Shown here piece after piece: positions 18,827 to 28,924 of a DNA stretch of 64,000 bases (positions are counted from its first letter, which is position 1; every line of letters starts with the position of its first letter). Made by a program: the position numbers and the translations under genes. This DNA comes from Nitrosopumilus sp. (GTDB taxonomy: Archaea; Thermoproteota; Nitrososphaeria; Nitrososphaerales; Nitrosopumilaceae): the NCBI GenBank assembly GCA_965205425.1, contig CBDBGZ010000009.1, positions 1,056,001 through 1,120,000 on the forward strand. The letters run 5' to 3'. The notes under the pieces were generated by a model that ran no database searches, had not been told where the DNA came from, and was given only the letters and a program-made list of their open reading frames with translations.

Positions 18827-19840
18827 CTAATTTCTTCTATCAACAACATCATTGACAGTTGGACCAGTTCCAATAATTGTTACAGGCGTGTTTAATTCTT
18901 TTTCAATATTTGCAATGAATGATTTTGCATCATTAGTTAGTTCATCGTAAGAAGTTTTACCTGCACAATCTTCAAAAAGTACATCTAATTTTGTAATTGA
19001 GATTTGTGTTGCACCATTAAGCATGATTGCACGCCTAGCTAAATCAAAATCAAAATCAGCAGCTCTTCTTTGACGACCAGTAACCGTACCAAATTCAGAC
19101 CAGCCTTTTTTTTCTGCATCTTCTAAAGATAATTCTTTATCAAGAGGTCCAGTTCCTACACGCGTAACATATGATTTGAAAACAACGATTACTTCATCTA
19201 CCTTGGTTGGCCCTAGACCAATATCTGCACATATTCCTGAGGCAGTAACATCCTTTGAGGTTACAAAGGGATATGTTCCATGCCATAATGAAAGAAACGT
19301 TCCTTGAGTACCTTCTACCAAGACGTTTTCATTTGCATCAAGTGCAGAATTTACCTCTAAAGGAACATCTACAATAAGTGAAGATAATGAATCAAAATCT
19401 TTTGCAAGTTTTAAAACTCTCATAGCACGGTCTGCATTTGCTGGACCAGTTCCTGAACCAGTACTACCAATTTTTTCTTTTAATTCACCCTTTGAATCTC
19501 TAGTTAGATGTGTTTCCTCAATTACTCCACAGTGTTTATCAATAAATGAACGTCCGGTTACATCAAAATCTTGAATTTCTTTGTTAAGAACATCAGGATT
19601 AATTACAACTCCAGGCCCAATCATTACTTTGGCATTTTTATTTAAGAATCCACTTGGTAGCATTCTTACTTTGTAGACTTTATCACCATCTTTAATTGTA
19701 TGACCTGCATTTGGACCTGCACCACCTCGTACAATGATTTTCGGATTATCTTTAATTGCCAAATATGAGATGATTTTTCCTTTACCCTCATCTCCAAAAA
19801 ATCCTCCAACAACTACAGTTGATGTCATATTGTCCAACAT
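18827..19840 (-). CDS. purA: Adenylosuccinate synthetase (short archaeal type)
   Basis: GDEGKGK, PNAGHT, EGTQG, GTVTGRQRR. Confidence 0.96.
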   Translation of the reverse strand: MLDNMTSTVVVGGFFGDEGKGKIISYLAIKDNPKIIVRGGAGPNAGHTIKDGDKVYKVRMLPSGFLNKNAKVMIGPGVVINPDVLNKEIQDFDVTGRSFIDKHCGVIEETHLTRDSKGELKEKIGSTGSGTGPANADRAMRVLKLAKDFDSLSSLIVDVPLEVNSALDANENVLVEGTQGTFLSLWHGTYPFVTSKDVTASGICADIGLGPTKVDEVIVVFKSYVTRVGTGPLDKELSLEDAEKKGWSEFGTVTGRQRRAADFDFDLARRAIMLNGATQISITKLDVLFEDCAGKTSYDELTNDAKSFIANIEKELNTPVTIIGTGPTVNDVVDRRN

Positions 19841-19896
19841 CTATTTCGTTTATTTAAGCTAAAGTGTTTTGACATGATTTTATATTCAACACTGAT

Positions 19897-20370
19897 TTGT
19901 TTAGATCGATGGTTGGAGAAAATTTTGCTGGAAATATAATTATTAATTTAGCAAATTTGCCGGATTTTCTCAGAAATCCAATTTTAAAAAAAAGAATGAT
20001 TGAATTCTTTTCATTATCAGAGCCCGAACAAATGGAAGTTATCAATAATGCATTAGAAGCAGGACCCACAATACCTTTTCCAAATTTTTCAAAACTTTTC
20101 AAAACATGGCTTAAAATTTTAACAACATTATCTAAGGATCAACGGGAAGGATTATTTTCTGCATATATTACAGAAGTTGCACGCTCACCACAAAAACTAA
20201 TCACTTTCAATATTGATGGCATTCTAGAAATATTCTTGACATTGGATGAAAATGAAAAAGCGATTCTTGCAAATACAATTAAAAAAATCATCAACAATTT
20301 AGATGAAAGTTCTAAAAAACGAATAATGTTAGTGGTTCCAGAAAATGCTAAAAAGCATTTGAATTTTTAG
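19897..20370 (+). CDS. Hypothetical protein
   Basis: 157-aa ORF, helical composition. Confidence 0.7.
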   Translation: MFRSMVGENFAGNIIINLANLPDFLRNPILKKRMIEFFSLSEPEQMEVINNALEAGPTIPFPNFSKLFKTWLKILTTLSKDQREGLFSAYITEVARSPQKLITFNIDGILEIFLTLDENEKAILANTIKKIINNLDESSKKRIMLVVPENAKKHLNF

Positions 20371-20648
20371 GTACCTGTAGGTTCATCAGGTTTTCTATTG
20401 TCTTCATTGGAATAATCAATTACTTCGCCTTCTGGAGATAATACGCCTACAAAGATTTTTTCATGTTTTTTCAATAATTTTCTATGATCAAGCATAGACA
20501 TGTCTAGTTTCATTTCATTCATTACCATGATTTGATATTCTTTCCATTCAGTCCAACATTTGTTGCAAGTAGGATATTTTGCTGCAACAATTCCAAGTTC
20601 TTCGTTATCAGGAATAGAATTTTTACATTTGGTACATGTACGGCTCAT
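20367..20648 (-). CDS. Fe(II)-trafficking (YggX-like) protein
   Basis: MSRTCTKC...CNKCWTEWKEYQIMVMNEMKLDM; the track's upstream extension looks spurious. Confidence 0.75.
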   Translation of the reverse strand: MSRTCTKCKNSIPDNEELGIVAAKYPTCNKCWTEWKEYQIMVMNEMKLDMSMLDHRKLLKKHEKIFVGVLSPEGEVIDYSNEDNRKPDEPTGT

Positions 20649-20719
20649 AGAAATCAAGAATAAAGAACTCCTTTTATCTTTTTTTGAATGTAAAACAATA
20701 ATAATTATCAGAGACCTAT

Positions 20720-20935
20720 GTGGACATGAAGATAAAATGCCCAAAATGTAAAGAAGATGCAGAGTTGGCAATGGATTATTCTGTTGTAAAATGTGGATCT
20801 TGTGATTTAGATATGAGTTATGGGGAATATGTAAAATTTGTAGCCCATAATGAATCAAAATATTCGGATATTTTGGGGGATTATGCAAGTAGTACAGAAG
20901 GTCATACTTCAGGTTCATTAGATGAATGGGATTAA
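20720..20935 (+). CDS. Small zinc-ribbon protein
   Basis: CPKC...CGSC. Confidence 0.75.
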   Translation: MDMKIKCPKCKEDAELAMDYSVVKCGSCDLDMSYGEYVKFVAHNESKYSDILGDYASSTEGHTSGSLDEWD

Positions 20936-20995
20936 CAAAATAGTGTAATCATTCATCAGATTAAAATAATTAGTAAAGCATAATTCTAATCATCA

Positions 20996-21637
20996 TTGGA
21001 ATTTTTATTAGAAAATATTCTTAATTTGATAGGATTTTTGGTAGGACTTGCAATTGGAATAATGTCATATATTGGATTTAGAAATACTGGAAGTCCAACA
21101 TTATTTAGATTAACAATTGCATTTTTTTCAATTAGTGTAGGATTTTTTGTTATCTGGTCAGGATACATGGTAGAGGATCTTGTTACAAAATCAGGACATA
21201 TTGAAAGGTGGATTCAAACTTTAGGAATTGCAATTCAAACAGTAGGGTATTTTTTTATTGCATTTTCGCATAGCATTAAATCATTTTTTCCAAAATCAAG
21301 TTACTTTAGGTCAGTAGGAATATTCCCACTATTTCTTGTTTCTTCTGTTCAATTAGAACATATTTTCAGATCTGTTTCATTTATTCTGTTGGCATATGGT
21401 GCAATTGAAACAATGTTGTCCTATTTTGAAAATAGGAATAAAGGGGCAATTTCTGTATCTGTGGGGTTAGGATTATTAGCATTTGGGGAATTTTTAGGAT
21501 GGTATTCGTTTGTATTCCCTGAATCAATTCTATATCCAACATCAATGATAATTAAAATTGGAGGATTGATAGCTTTGTTTATTCCAGTCAGCAAGGTTCC
21601 CTTAACTAGGATAAAATTTGATGAAGACTTAGAATAA
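20996..21637 (+). CDS. Multi-pass membrane protein
   Basis: About 7 hydrophobic segments. Confidence 0.75.
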   Translation: MEFLLENILNLIGFLVGLAIGIMSYIGFRNTGSPTLFRLTIAFFSISVGFFVIWSGYMVEDLVTKSGHIERWIQTLGIAIQTVGYFFIAFSHSIKSFFPKSSYFRSVGIFPLFLVSSVQLEHIFRSVSFILLAYGAIETMLSYFENRNKGAISVSVGLGLLAFGEFLGWYSFVFPESILYPTSMIIKIGGLIALFIPVSKVPLTRIKFDEDLE

Positions 21638-21757
21638 TTTTCGTTCAGGCTCAAAATATTAAGATTTTAAAAATTTGTCAAATTCTTTTATCTTTTTAGT
21701 ATATTGGAAAATATCAGTGTGCTCTCATAGAAATTAAAGTGATTATTCATTGAAGAA

Positions 21758-22045
21758 ATGGCTGAATATCGAACACATATGAAGATTATAGGAGATATCT
21801 TAGCAACAACTAGAGATGATTTACAAGATGAAGATGGAGCATCAGTTACTTATCTAATTAGAAAAGCAAATATTTCACATTCTAGAATTTCAGCAATTTT
21901 GAAAACATTGGTATCACAAGGTCTTTTAGAAAAAGTAGACAATCAAGGTTCAAATAAATATAAAATTAGTGAACCAGGAAGAGAATTTTTACAAGCATAT
22001 TATACATTTACAAACTTTGCAGATAATTTTGGGTTAAGCATCTAG
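21758..22045 (+). CDS. Winged-HTH transcriptional regulator
   Basis: ANISHSRI...LVSQGLL...YKISEPGREFL. Confidence 0.85.
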   Translation: MAEYRTHMKIIGDILATTRDDLQDEDGASVTYLIRKANISHSRISAILKTLVSQGLLEKVDNQGSNKYKISEPGREFLQAYYTFTNFADNFGLSI

Positions 22046-22125
22046 TCACTTTCTTCGTCAAATTTATCTAAATCATCATCAAAATCATCTTCAAAATCTG
22101 TATCTTCATAATCAGCAGATGACAT
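22042..22125 (-). CDS. Candidate acidic microprotein (27 aa)
   Basis: MSSADYEDTDFEDDFDDDLDKFDEESD; fills the intergenic gap. Confidence 0.5.
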   Translation of the reverse strand: MSSADYEDTDFEDDFDDDLDKFDEESD

Positions 22126-22169
22126 ACATAATAATTTGAAAACAGACTGTAAAAACTTATCAAAAGTAA

Positions 22170-22799
22170 ATGGTAATTAAAGAAAAAAATGGTGAGGATG
22201 TATTGAAAGTTAAGTGTGATATGGCAGGAATTGAAAAAGCTGTGCAAATATTCAATGAAGGTGGAATTATAATATTTCCAACAGATACAGTTTATGGAAT
22301 AGGATGTAATCCATATAATAAATCAGCAGTAGAAAAAATATTTAAAATAAAATCTAGAAGTATTACAAAATCACTTCCAGTATTAGCAGATTCAATACAA
22401 ACAGCGGAAAAAATTGTTAAATTTGATAGATTAACCAAAAGAATTGCTGAAAAATTTTGGCCAGGTCCATTAACATTAATTTTAAAAGTAATTGATGAAG
22501 AAATAAAAAAATCATTAAGCCTAGATGAAAAAATTGCAATTAGAGTTCCTAATCACAAATGCACTTTGGAATTATTGAAAAAATGTAATTTTCTAGTAGG
22601 AAGTAGTGCAAATATTTCTGGAAATTTACCACATACCAACCCAGAAGATTGTTTGAAGAATTTACAAGGTTTTGATATTTTTGTTGATGGGGGAATAATT
22701 ACTAGTGAAGGAGAATCAACTATAATTGAAATAGAAAATGAAGAGATCAAAATTATTCGAGAAGGTTCTTTAACTAAAGAGGAAATTTCACAATTATGA
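22170..22799 (+). CDS. tsaC: L-threonylcarbamoyladenylate synthase (TsaC/Sua5)
   Basis: FPTDTVYGIG, FWPGPLT, SSANISG. Confidence 0.93.
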   Translation: MVIKEKNGEDVLKVKCDMAGIEKAVQIFNEGGIIIFPTDTVYGIGCNPYNKSAVEKIFKIKSRSITKSLPVLADSIQTAEKIVKFDRLTKRIAEKFWPGPLTLILKVIDEEIKKSLSLDEKIAIRVPNHKCTLELLKKCNFLVGSSANISGNLPHTNPEDCLKNLQGFDIFVDGGIITSEGESTIIEIENEEIKIIREGSLTKEEISQL

Positions 22800-23317
22800 A
22801 TTTGATAATTACTTGCCCTAGGCATCTCGAACCAGAAAGTGAAGAAGAGTTAAAGGGGATTTTGGAAGAGTTTGGAGATTCGGATCTCAAAGTTTCAATA
22901 ACTAACATGTCAGGAATTTTAACAGCAGATACAAATCTAGATCCTGTTGAAGTTGTAAGGAAAATTAAAGAAATGTTGTTAGATGAACCATGGAGTGTTA
23001 GATATTGTAAAAGAATAATACCGATACAGAAAGAAATTGAATCAAAAATTGAGGAGATAGAAAAAAGCGTTTCAGAACTGTCTAATCAGATTTTAGATGA
23101 GGAAACATACAGAATATCCATTGAAAAAAGAAATTCAGATTTATCCAGTAAGGAAATAATCACGAAAATAGCAGATAAAATAAAAAATAAAGTGTCCCTT
23201 GAATTTTCTGATAAAATTATCTTAATAGAAATTTTAGGAAATAAAACAGGAATTTCTATATTAAAAAAATCAGATATTCTTAGTACTGAAAAGACAAAAC
23301 GAAGTATGTCAGAGTAA
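22796..23317 (+). CDS. THUMP-domain RNA-binding protein
   Basis: RIIPI, YRISIEKR, KVSLEFSDKIILIEI. Confidence 0.85.
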   Translation: MNLIITCPRHLEPESEEELKGILEEFGDSDLKVSITNMSGILTADTNLDPVEVVRKIKEMLLDEPWSVRYCKRIIPIQKEIESKIEEIEKSVSELSNQILDEETYRISIEKRNSDLSSKEIITKIADKIKNKVSLEFSDKIILIEILGNKTGISILKKSDILSTEKTKRSMSE

Positions 23318-24088
23318 AACTGCTGCTTTCTCGACCAAAATATCAGCTAATTGATTTTTTGAGGAAATTGAATCAATGTGTTTTTCGGTTATTTTGAAAT
23401 GTTTTTTTAGATACAATTCATTATTTTTTGAAAAAAGATTTACAGAAATTGGCTTTAATTCATCATAGAAGGAACTTAGAGTTTTTTTATTTCCCATTGT
23501 AATTAAAATAAAATTTGTTTTCGGTTTAATTCCAGCATTTTTAATGGCAAAAGAGATTTGTGTAGATAATGCAAATCTCATTAAAATATCGGTTTCAAGT
23601 TTATTTGAAAGCAAAATATTGTTTGTTTGAGAATTTATGGATAATGAAATAATTTTTTGTAAATGATAAGAATTTAAAATTAGATCACTAGAAACAGCCT
23701 GAAGTATAATTTTTGGGTATTTTTTACGAAGATCATCAATGAACTTTGGATTAATAGTTTTTTGACCCTTAATCTCCATAATCTGTATTTGTTTTTTAGA
23801 AAATTCAAAGGTAAGTTTTTTTGATGCACCTCCATGAATTACAGGAATTATACTAACAACATCATCATCTTTTATTATTGTAGATTTCCCATCTATTGCA
23901 AAAGAGTCAGCGCCATTAATTGCAATCAAAACATTTTCAGTATCAAGTTTGGGAGTATCTGCTGGTTTTAATTCTAATAATAAATTAATTAATTCTTGAA
24001 TAGTAATATCAGATTTATCAATTTTCAAGTGTTCTATAGGAAAAGATTTTTTTGCACCACCTACAAACTTTACAGAAAACATATCCAT
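23309..24088 (-). CDS. MoaD/ThiS ubiquitin-like domain fused to KEOPS Cgi121
   Basis: IIPVIHGG at the domain junction; ETDILMRFALSTQISFAIKNAG is Cgi121-like. Confidence 0.85.
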   Translation of the reverse strand: MDMFSVKFVGGAKKSFPIEHLKIDKSDITIQELINLLLELKPADTPKLDTENVLIAINGADSFAIDGKSTIIKDDDVVSIIPVIHGGASKKLTFEFSKKQIQIMEIKGQKTINPKFIDDLRKKYPKIILQAVSSDLILNSYHLQKIISLSINSQTNNILLSNKLETDILMRFALSTQISFAIKNAGIKPKTNFILITMGNKKTLSSFYDELKPISVNLFSKNNELYLKKHFKITEKHIDSISSKNQLADILVEKAAVLL

Positions 24089-24121
24089 CTAATTTAAAAT
24101 CTAGAAATAATATTTAATTTA

Positions 24122-24511
24122 TTATTCAGTTTTTTCTTCTGTAGCCTCAGAAGATTCTTCGTCAGTAGTTGCATCAACAACAGTTTCAGTTGCTTCTTCA
24201 GTAATAGTATCTTCAGTAAGTTCAATTTCAGATTGTTCTTCAACTTGTTGTTCAGATTTTGAAGCTTCAATACGTGCCTGTTTAGCTTTTTCTTCACGGA
24301 TCTCTTTTTTGATAAATTTAGTGATATATCCTGCAATTTCATTTTTCAAACCTTTTGAACGAACTATGGAAATTTGATCTAAGGCTTTTTTATTATCAGC
24401 AAAATCTTCACCAAATTTGGATTTGTGTCCATCTAGAACTTCATATGAAAGTCGTTTTATTCTATCCACTGAACGTGTAATGGAGGGGGGTATTTTATAC
24501 CTATATTCCAA
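24122..24511 (-). CDS. rps17e: 30S ribosomal protein S17e with acidic tail (start likely the GTG at VDRIK)
   Basis: FGEDFADNKK, SKGLKNEIAGYIT. Confidence 0.93.
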   Translation of the reverse strand: MEYRYKIPPSITRSVDRIKRLSYEVLDGHKSKFGEDFADNKKALDQISIVRSKGLKNEIAGYITKFIKKEIREEKAKQARIEASKSEQQVEEQSEIELTEDTITEEATETVVDATTDEESSEATEEKTE

Positions 24512-25256
24512 GAAATGAATTTGAGTTCTTTTCTAATTGAAATGACATTTCGTCAAATGATTTACCTAGAATTTTTGATGCACAAAAAATCACGCTTGGG
24601 ATAAAGCTGATTTGTCCAGATTTCATTTCAAAACACCTAGAAAACCTTACGGGACCATCAGTTTCAACAAGGATTTGAGATTCATCTGTTTTTGATAGTA
24701 ATGTTTGTTTATCATTTGCATAAATCAAGACTGGTCCATACGATACAAAGAATCCCATATCCATTGCCTTTTGAAGTTGTTTTTTACTTCCATCAAACCA
24801 ATGTAACAATGCATGTTTTGTATTGTATGAAGTCATTATCTCAAAGACATCATCTAGACTTTTTCTAGAATGAATTGAAACAGGTTTGTTAAATTTTTCT
24901 CCATAGGATAATAATTTCTCAAATACTTGATTTTGTTTTTTTGCATCATCAGGATTATTAACATAAGTTGGATCTAATCCAATTTCTCCAATTCCTGAAA
25001 TAATATTATGATTATCTTCAATTAATTTAGATATTATTTCAATTTCCTCACTTGCACATTCCGGATGAATTCCAATAAAAGGCAAAATAAGTTCACTTTT
25101 TTTTGCAAGTTCCAATGTTTGTAATGAATTATTATAATCCATTGAAACACAACATGCTTTGATTTTCAAATATTCCATTTGCATTAATAGAAATTCCATA
25201 TCAGAAACATAAGCAGGAGCAGACAAATGTATGTGAGAATCAAAATACCAAGTCAT
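24501..25256 (-). CDS. tatD: TatD-family hydrolase
   Basis: DSHIH, GIHP, GEIGLD, IHSR, ETDGP. Confidence 0.92.
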   Translation of the reverse strand: MTWYFDSHIHLSAPAYVSDMEFLLMQMEYLKIKACCVSMDYNNSLQTLELAKKSELILPFIGIHPECASEEIEIISKLIEDNHNIISGIGEIGLDPTYVNNPDDAKKQNQVFEKLLSYGEKFNKPVSIHSRKSLDDVFEIMTSYNTKHALLHWFDGSKKQLQKAMDMGFFVSYGPVLIYANDKQTLLSKTDESQILVETDGPVRFSRCFEMKSGQISFIPSVIFCASKILGKSFDEMSFQLEKNSNSFLGI

Positions 25257-25352
25257 TTCTTTATCAATTCTTAAAATAGTCTGTATAAATCGATTCCTTA
25301 GTGATATTTTTTCACTCATTATCTTTTTTCGGAAAAAACTAAAACAAAATTC

Positions 25353-25574
25353 ATGAAATCATCTGAATTGGGATTATCTGCAATGTATAGAATTTTGAAG
25401 AAGGCGGGAGCAGAAAGAGTAAGTGATGAATCAGCAGATGAATTACGAAGAATAATTGAAGGGATTGCAGACAATATTGCCAAAAGTGCTGTAGATATGG
25501 CTTCTCATGCTAGTAGAAAAACAGTAAAAGGTGAAGATGTAAAGTTGGCTTCAAAACCATTTAACAAATTCTAA
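25353..25574 (+). CDS. Archaeal histone
   Basis: RILKKAGAERVS...HASRKTVKGEDVKLA histone fold. Confidence 0.93.
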   Translation: MKSSELGLSAMYRILKKAGAERVSDESADELRRIIEGIADNIAKSAVDMASHASRKTVKGEDVKLASKPFNKF

Positions 25575-25613
25575 TCTAAAGAGTTTAATTATTCATTTTG
25601 TATTTTTTAAAAC

Positions 25614-25685
25614 GGTACTCTGGCAGAACGGTTATGCGTGAGCCTGCAAAGCTTATACAAGGGGGTTCGACTCCCTCGGGTACCT
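25614..25685 (+). tRNA. tRNA-Cys (GCA)
   Basis: Acceptor GGTACTC/GGGTACC, anticodon loop CTGCAAA, GGTTCGACTCC T arm, U discriminator. Confidence 0.95.
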
Positions 25686-26095
25686 TATTCTACTATAACT
25701 TGTCCTTTCATCCAAGGATGAAGAGTACAAAAATAATCGTAGGTACCTATTTCATCAAAATCTAAACTGTATGATTCAAACGGATCTAAATGTCCACTAT
25801 CAAATAAATCAGTAGGAGCACCATAAAATCCAGATGTAACACTATGAAATGCAGAATCTTCGTTTACCCATGTAACTTGTTTTCCGGAATCAATTACAAT
25901 TATAGATGGAATGTAGCATCTATCATTTTCTTCACATCCTGGACGAGAAACTTTTGTAGGCATTATGACATCACCTGTAACAATTATTTCAGGTTCAACA
26001 GAATTTTTTTCGTCAGAAGAATTAGAGAAAATTAAACCTACTGCAATTAGCGGGATTACTATAATTGCTGCAATAATAATTATTTTTTTTAACAA
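25685..26095 (-). CDS. Membrane-anchored cupredoxin (plastocyanin-like blue copper protein)
   Basis: HSVTSG, YFCTLHPWM copper ligands. Confidence 0.92.
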   Translation of the reverse strand: MLKKIIIIAAIIVIPLIAVGLIFSNSSDEKNSVEPEIIVTGDVIMPTKVSRPGCEENDRCYIPSIIVIDSGKQVTWVNEDSAFHSVTSGFYGAPTDLFDSGHLDPFESYSLDFDEIGTYDYFCTLHPWMKGQVIVE

Positions 26096-26170
26096 TTTAC
26101 ATCATATCCATTTGAGAGTTATTACATAATTACCAAATTCTCTAAATATATAACATATTAGAAGACACAA

Positions 26171-27922
26171 TTGTCTCAAAATGGAAATGGATTGTTAGAA
26201 TACATACCAGGCTCACATACATTACTGGTTCAAAAAAATTCTAGCCCACCCCTAGAAGGATTTACAGAAAATATTCAAGAAAGTATTCATGAATATGCAG
26301 AAAATTCAAAAAGTGAAGTAGAGAAAGGGAATAATTTCCTTCAATGGATTTTAACACGAGTTTTTGAGGCTACAGAAGATGATGCCGCAGATGCAATTGT
26401 TGATGGAGCTAACGATCTTGGTATTGATGCCTATCTTCCAGTAGATTTTTCCGATAATACAATTAGGTTATTTCAATCAAAGTATGGTACATCCCATTCA
26501 CTTGAAGCTATTGCAAAATTCAAAGAAGATGTAAAACGATTACTTGCAAAAGATGTAGTAAAAATGAGACCAGAACTTGCACAACTTGTCACAAAAATTA
26601 AAGAAAAAAATCTAAAGATAAAATGTTGTTATGTAACAGATCAAGAAGTAGATTATAAGGATGACATAGTAGAAATCATAGATCAAAAAGTAATAATTCA
26701 AAAATTATGGGATAGAATAAAAAAACCAGCAGCAGGAAAAAAATCATCAATTAAATTAGAAAGGATGCTTAGACATGAGAATACAATTCTAGGTATTTTG
26801 AAGTTACGTGAGCTTACTGATTTTGTGAGTAAGAACAGAGACTATGTTTTTGAATCAAACATAAGGCAATGGATGCAATTCAAGACTACAGTTAACAAAG
26901 GATTAAGAGAAACATTACAAAGTAATCCAAGTAAATTCTTCTTTTACAATAATGGAATAACCATTGTTGTGAGTGATTTTTCAGAATTAGGTGAAAATAT
27001 GATTGAACTTCATGCTCCACAAATTGTAAATGGAGCACAAACATCTAACTCCATTCTTGATCATTCAAAGAGAACAAAAAATATGGATGGTTCCATGACA
27101 GTGACAATTATCAAAGCAGATGACGAACAAGAACAGAATAATATTACAAAATATAGAAATTCTCAAAATTCCGTTAGAGGAAAAGATCTAGTTTCATTAA
27201 TGGATTTTCATAAATCAGTGAAATCACAATTAAAAAATTGTGGGTATTTCTACGAAATTCAAGCAGGTTCTTTCGATACAAAATCGAAATCAAAACAATG
27301 TGAGTATGATGGAGATACAATATACAATAATTATCTTCCAGATAATCATAAGAAAGTCATCGTAGCTAAAGATGCAATACAAGCATTAGTTGCAGGAATT
27401 GAGCAAAGACCAACAGAAGCATACAGTTCACCAGCACAATTTCTTCCAAGAGGAAGTAAGTATGATGATGTATTCAATGATAATTTAAAAGATGATTACA
27501 GAATTTTGCTATATCCATATCTTGTTAAAGAATTTGCAAAAAAATCATTGAAATATGGAAAACAGGGAGGACATAAAACAAAGAGATACGCAACATTATT
27601 TTTTGTGGCAGTGTATTTTAGAATATTACATAAGAAAATTCTTGAATCAAAGGGAGATTTTAAAGGGGATGTAAGAAAATTAGAACCTATTTTCCGTAGT
27701 TTTAAACTTAATTCTAGGATATTAAAAATAACAGATGTTGTAGTAACTAAATTTCTTGAAGATACGGTAGTAGATGATGAAATTGAATTAGCAAATACTA
27801 AACATAATTTCTTTTCTCAACATGTTTGGAATGACTCTATGCTTAGAGTAATTGATAAAAAAATTAGACAAGAAGAAGATGAGATTTTTGCACTGAAAAA
27901 ACTCACAAGTAATTTATTTTAA
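26171..27922 (+). CDS. AIPR family protein (abortive infection phage resistance domain)
   Basis: DGANDLGIDA/FQSKY nuclease-like N-terminus; ESNIR, FFFYNNGITIV, PQIVNGAQT, NSQN. Confidence 0.9.
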   Translation: MSQNGNGLLEYIPGSHTLLVQKNSSPPLEGFTENIQESIHEYAENSKSEVEKGNNFLQWILTRVFEATEDDAADAIVDGANDLGIDAYLPVDFSDNTIRLFQSKYGTSHSLEAIAKFKEDVKRLLAKDVVKMRPELAQLVTKIKEKNLKIKCCYVTDQEVDYKDDIVEIIDQKVIIQKLWDRIKKPAAGKKSSIKLERMLRHENTILGILKLRELTDFVSKNRDYVFESNIRQWMQFKTTVNKGLRETLQSNPSKFFFYNNGITIVVSDFSELGENMIELHAPQIVNGAQTSNSILDHSKRTKNMDGSMTVTIIKADDEQEQNNITKYRNSQNSVRGKDLVSLMDFHKSVKSQLKNCGYFYEIQAGSFDTKSKSKQCEYDGDTIYNNYLPDNHKKVIVAKDAIQALVAGIEQRPTEAYSSPAQFLPRGSKYDDVFNDNLKDDYRILLYPYLVKEFAKKSLKYGKQGGHKTKRYATLFFVAVYFRILHKKILESKGDFKGDVRKLEPIFRSFKLNSRILKITDVVVTKFLEDTVVDDEIELANTKHNFFSQHVWNDSMLRVIDKKIRQEEDEIFALKKLTSNLF

Positions 27923-27928
27923 TTTTAA

Positions 27929-27990
27929 AGGTAGGAGTCCAACCAAGTAAAAATCTTGCAGGAGGTTTACATTGGTCAGACTTTCTACCT
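27929..27990 (-). ncRNA. Candidate structured small RNA or long hairpin
   Basis: Roughly 23-bp imperfect stem whose inner G-U pairs form only on the minus strand; TATA-like GTTAAATA about 25 nt upstream on that strand. Confidence 0.4.
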
Positions 27991-28049
27991 AAATTCAGTA
28001 ATAAACCAGTAATATTTAACATAATTTTTTTAAGCATGGTTTATTCACA

Positions 28050-28253
28050 ATGTTTTTTATATCGATTAAAAAGAGCAAAATCACTTTGGGTAAAAAAGAA
28101 AAATGCACCATTTGTAATGAAACTGTAGAATTCCGTTTTAAGGCAATGGATGAGTGGAAAATAGAGGGAACTTTATGTGGAAAATGCTATTCAAAAAAAG
28201 TCAATGAACATTATCCCGGAGATCATGTTAGAGTAAACAAACATTTAGATTAA
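28050..28253 (+). CDS. Small zinc-finger protein (start likely TTG 28086)
   Basis: CTIC...LCGKCY. Confidence 0.7.
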   Translation: MFFISIKKSKITLGKKEKCTICNETVEFRFKAMDEWKIEGTLCGKCYSKKVNEHYPGDHVRVNKHLD

Positions 28254-28840
28254 TTTTCTTTTGATTTTGATAATTTATTTGTGTTAATACAATTCCAAAC
28301 AAGTGGATCATCTTTCATATCTTTTTCTTCTAAAAATTTAATGTCAGTAAGAATTTTTTTCTTTTTTAACAGATTGACTTGGAAACTAGAAAATTTTTTA
28401 CAATCACATGAATTGAATAAGCAAATATCTCCATCACCTTCATCATGATCTTGTGCTTCATGATTACAATCACATACTGCATCTTTTTTTACATCGTCAA
28501 GGGATTTTTTTGCATATACGCCTAATCTTAGATATCCCTCACCATCATGACCTTTTTTGAATCGTTCATAGTTTTCAGACTTTGGTAATTCTTTAAAGAA
28601 TGATAGATTGGTGTCAGGTTTTTGAGTATCTGAACCCATGATGAACCAATAATTATCTTCAAGTTCTAGAAATCTGACTTTGATTGATGGATCTACCCAT
28701 GGATGAATTGTATCATGCCAAAGTGAAGCAGCGTCTTTTCTGTCAGTAAATAGCGGAACAACATTCATTCTAAGATCATAGTATCTATACGCAACACCTA
28801 CAAAGTCATCATACCATGGAACAGATGATTGTGAAGGCAT
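28250..28840 (-). CDS. Hypothetical protein with Cys/His cluster
   Basis: CDCNH...H...C...CDC. Confidence 0.75.
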   Translation of the reverse strand: MPSQSSVPWYDDFVGVAYRYYDLRMNVVPLFTDRKDAASLWHDTIHPWVDPSIKVRFLELEDNYWFIMGSDTQKPDTNLSFFKELPKSENYERFKKGHDGEGYLRLGVYAKKSLDDVKKDAVCDCNHEAQDHDEGDGDICLFNSCDCKKFSSFQVNLLKKKKILTDIKFLEEKDMKDDPLVWNCINTNKLSKSKEN

Positions 28841-28924
28841 TGGACAAAAATCAGTTCAGTGCTTATTTATCTGATCTGAATTAATGGTAATACCCTTATA
28901 TCATAGTTTTAGAATTAATGACGT

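Noticed and set aside
20649..20918. N-terminal extension of ORF 20367-20918
   Set aside because: Overlaps the plus-strand zinc-ribbon gene antisense; recognisable protein starts at MSRTC (20648).
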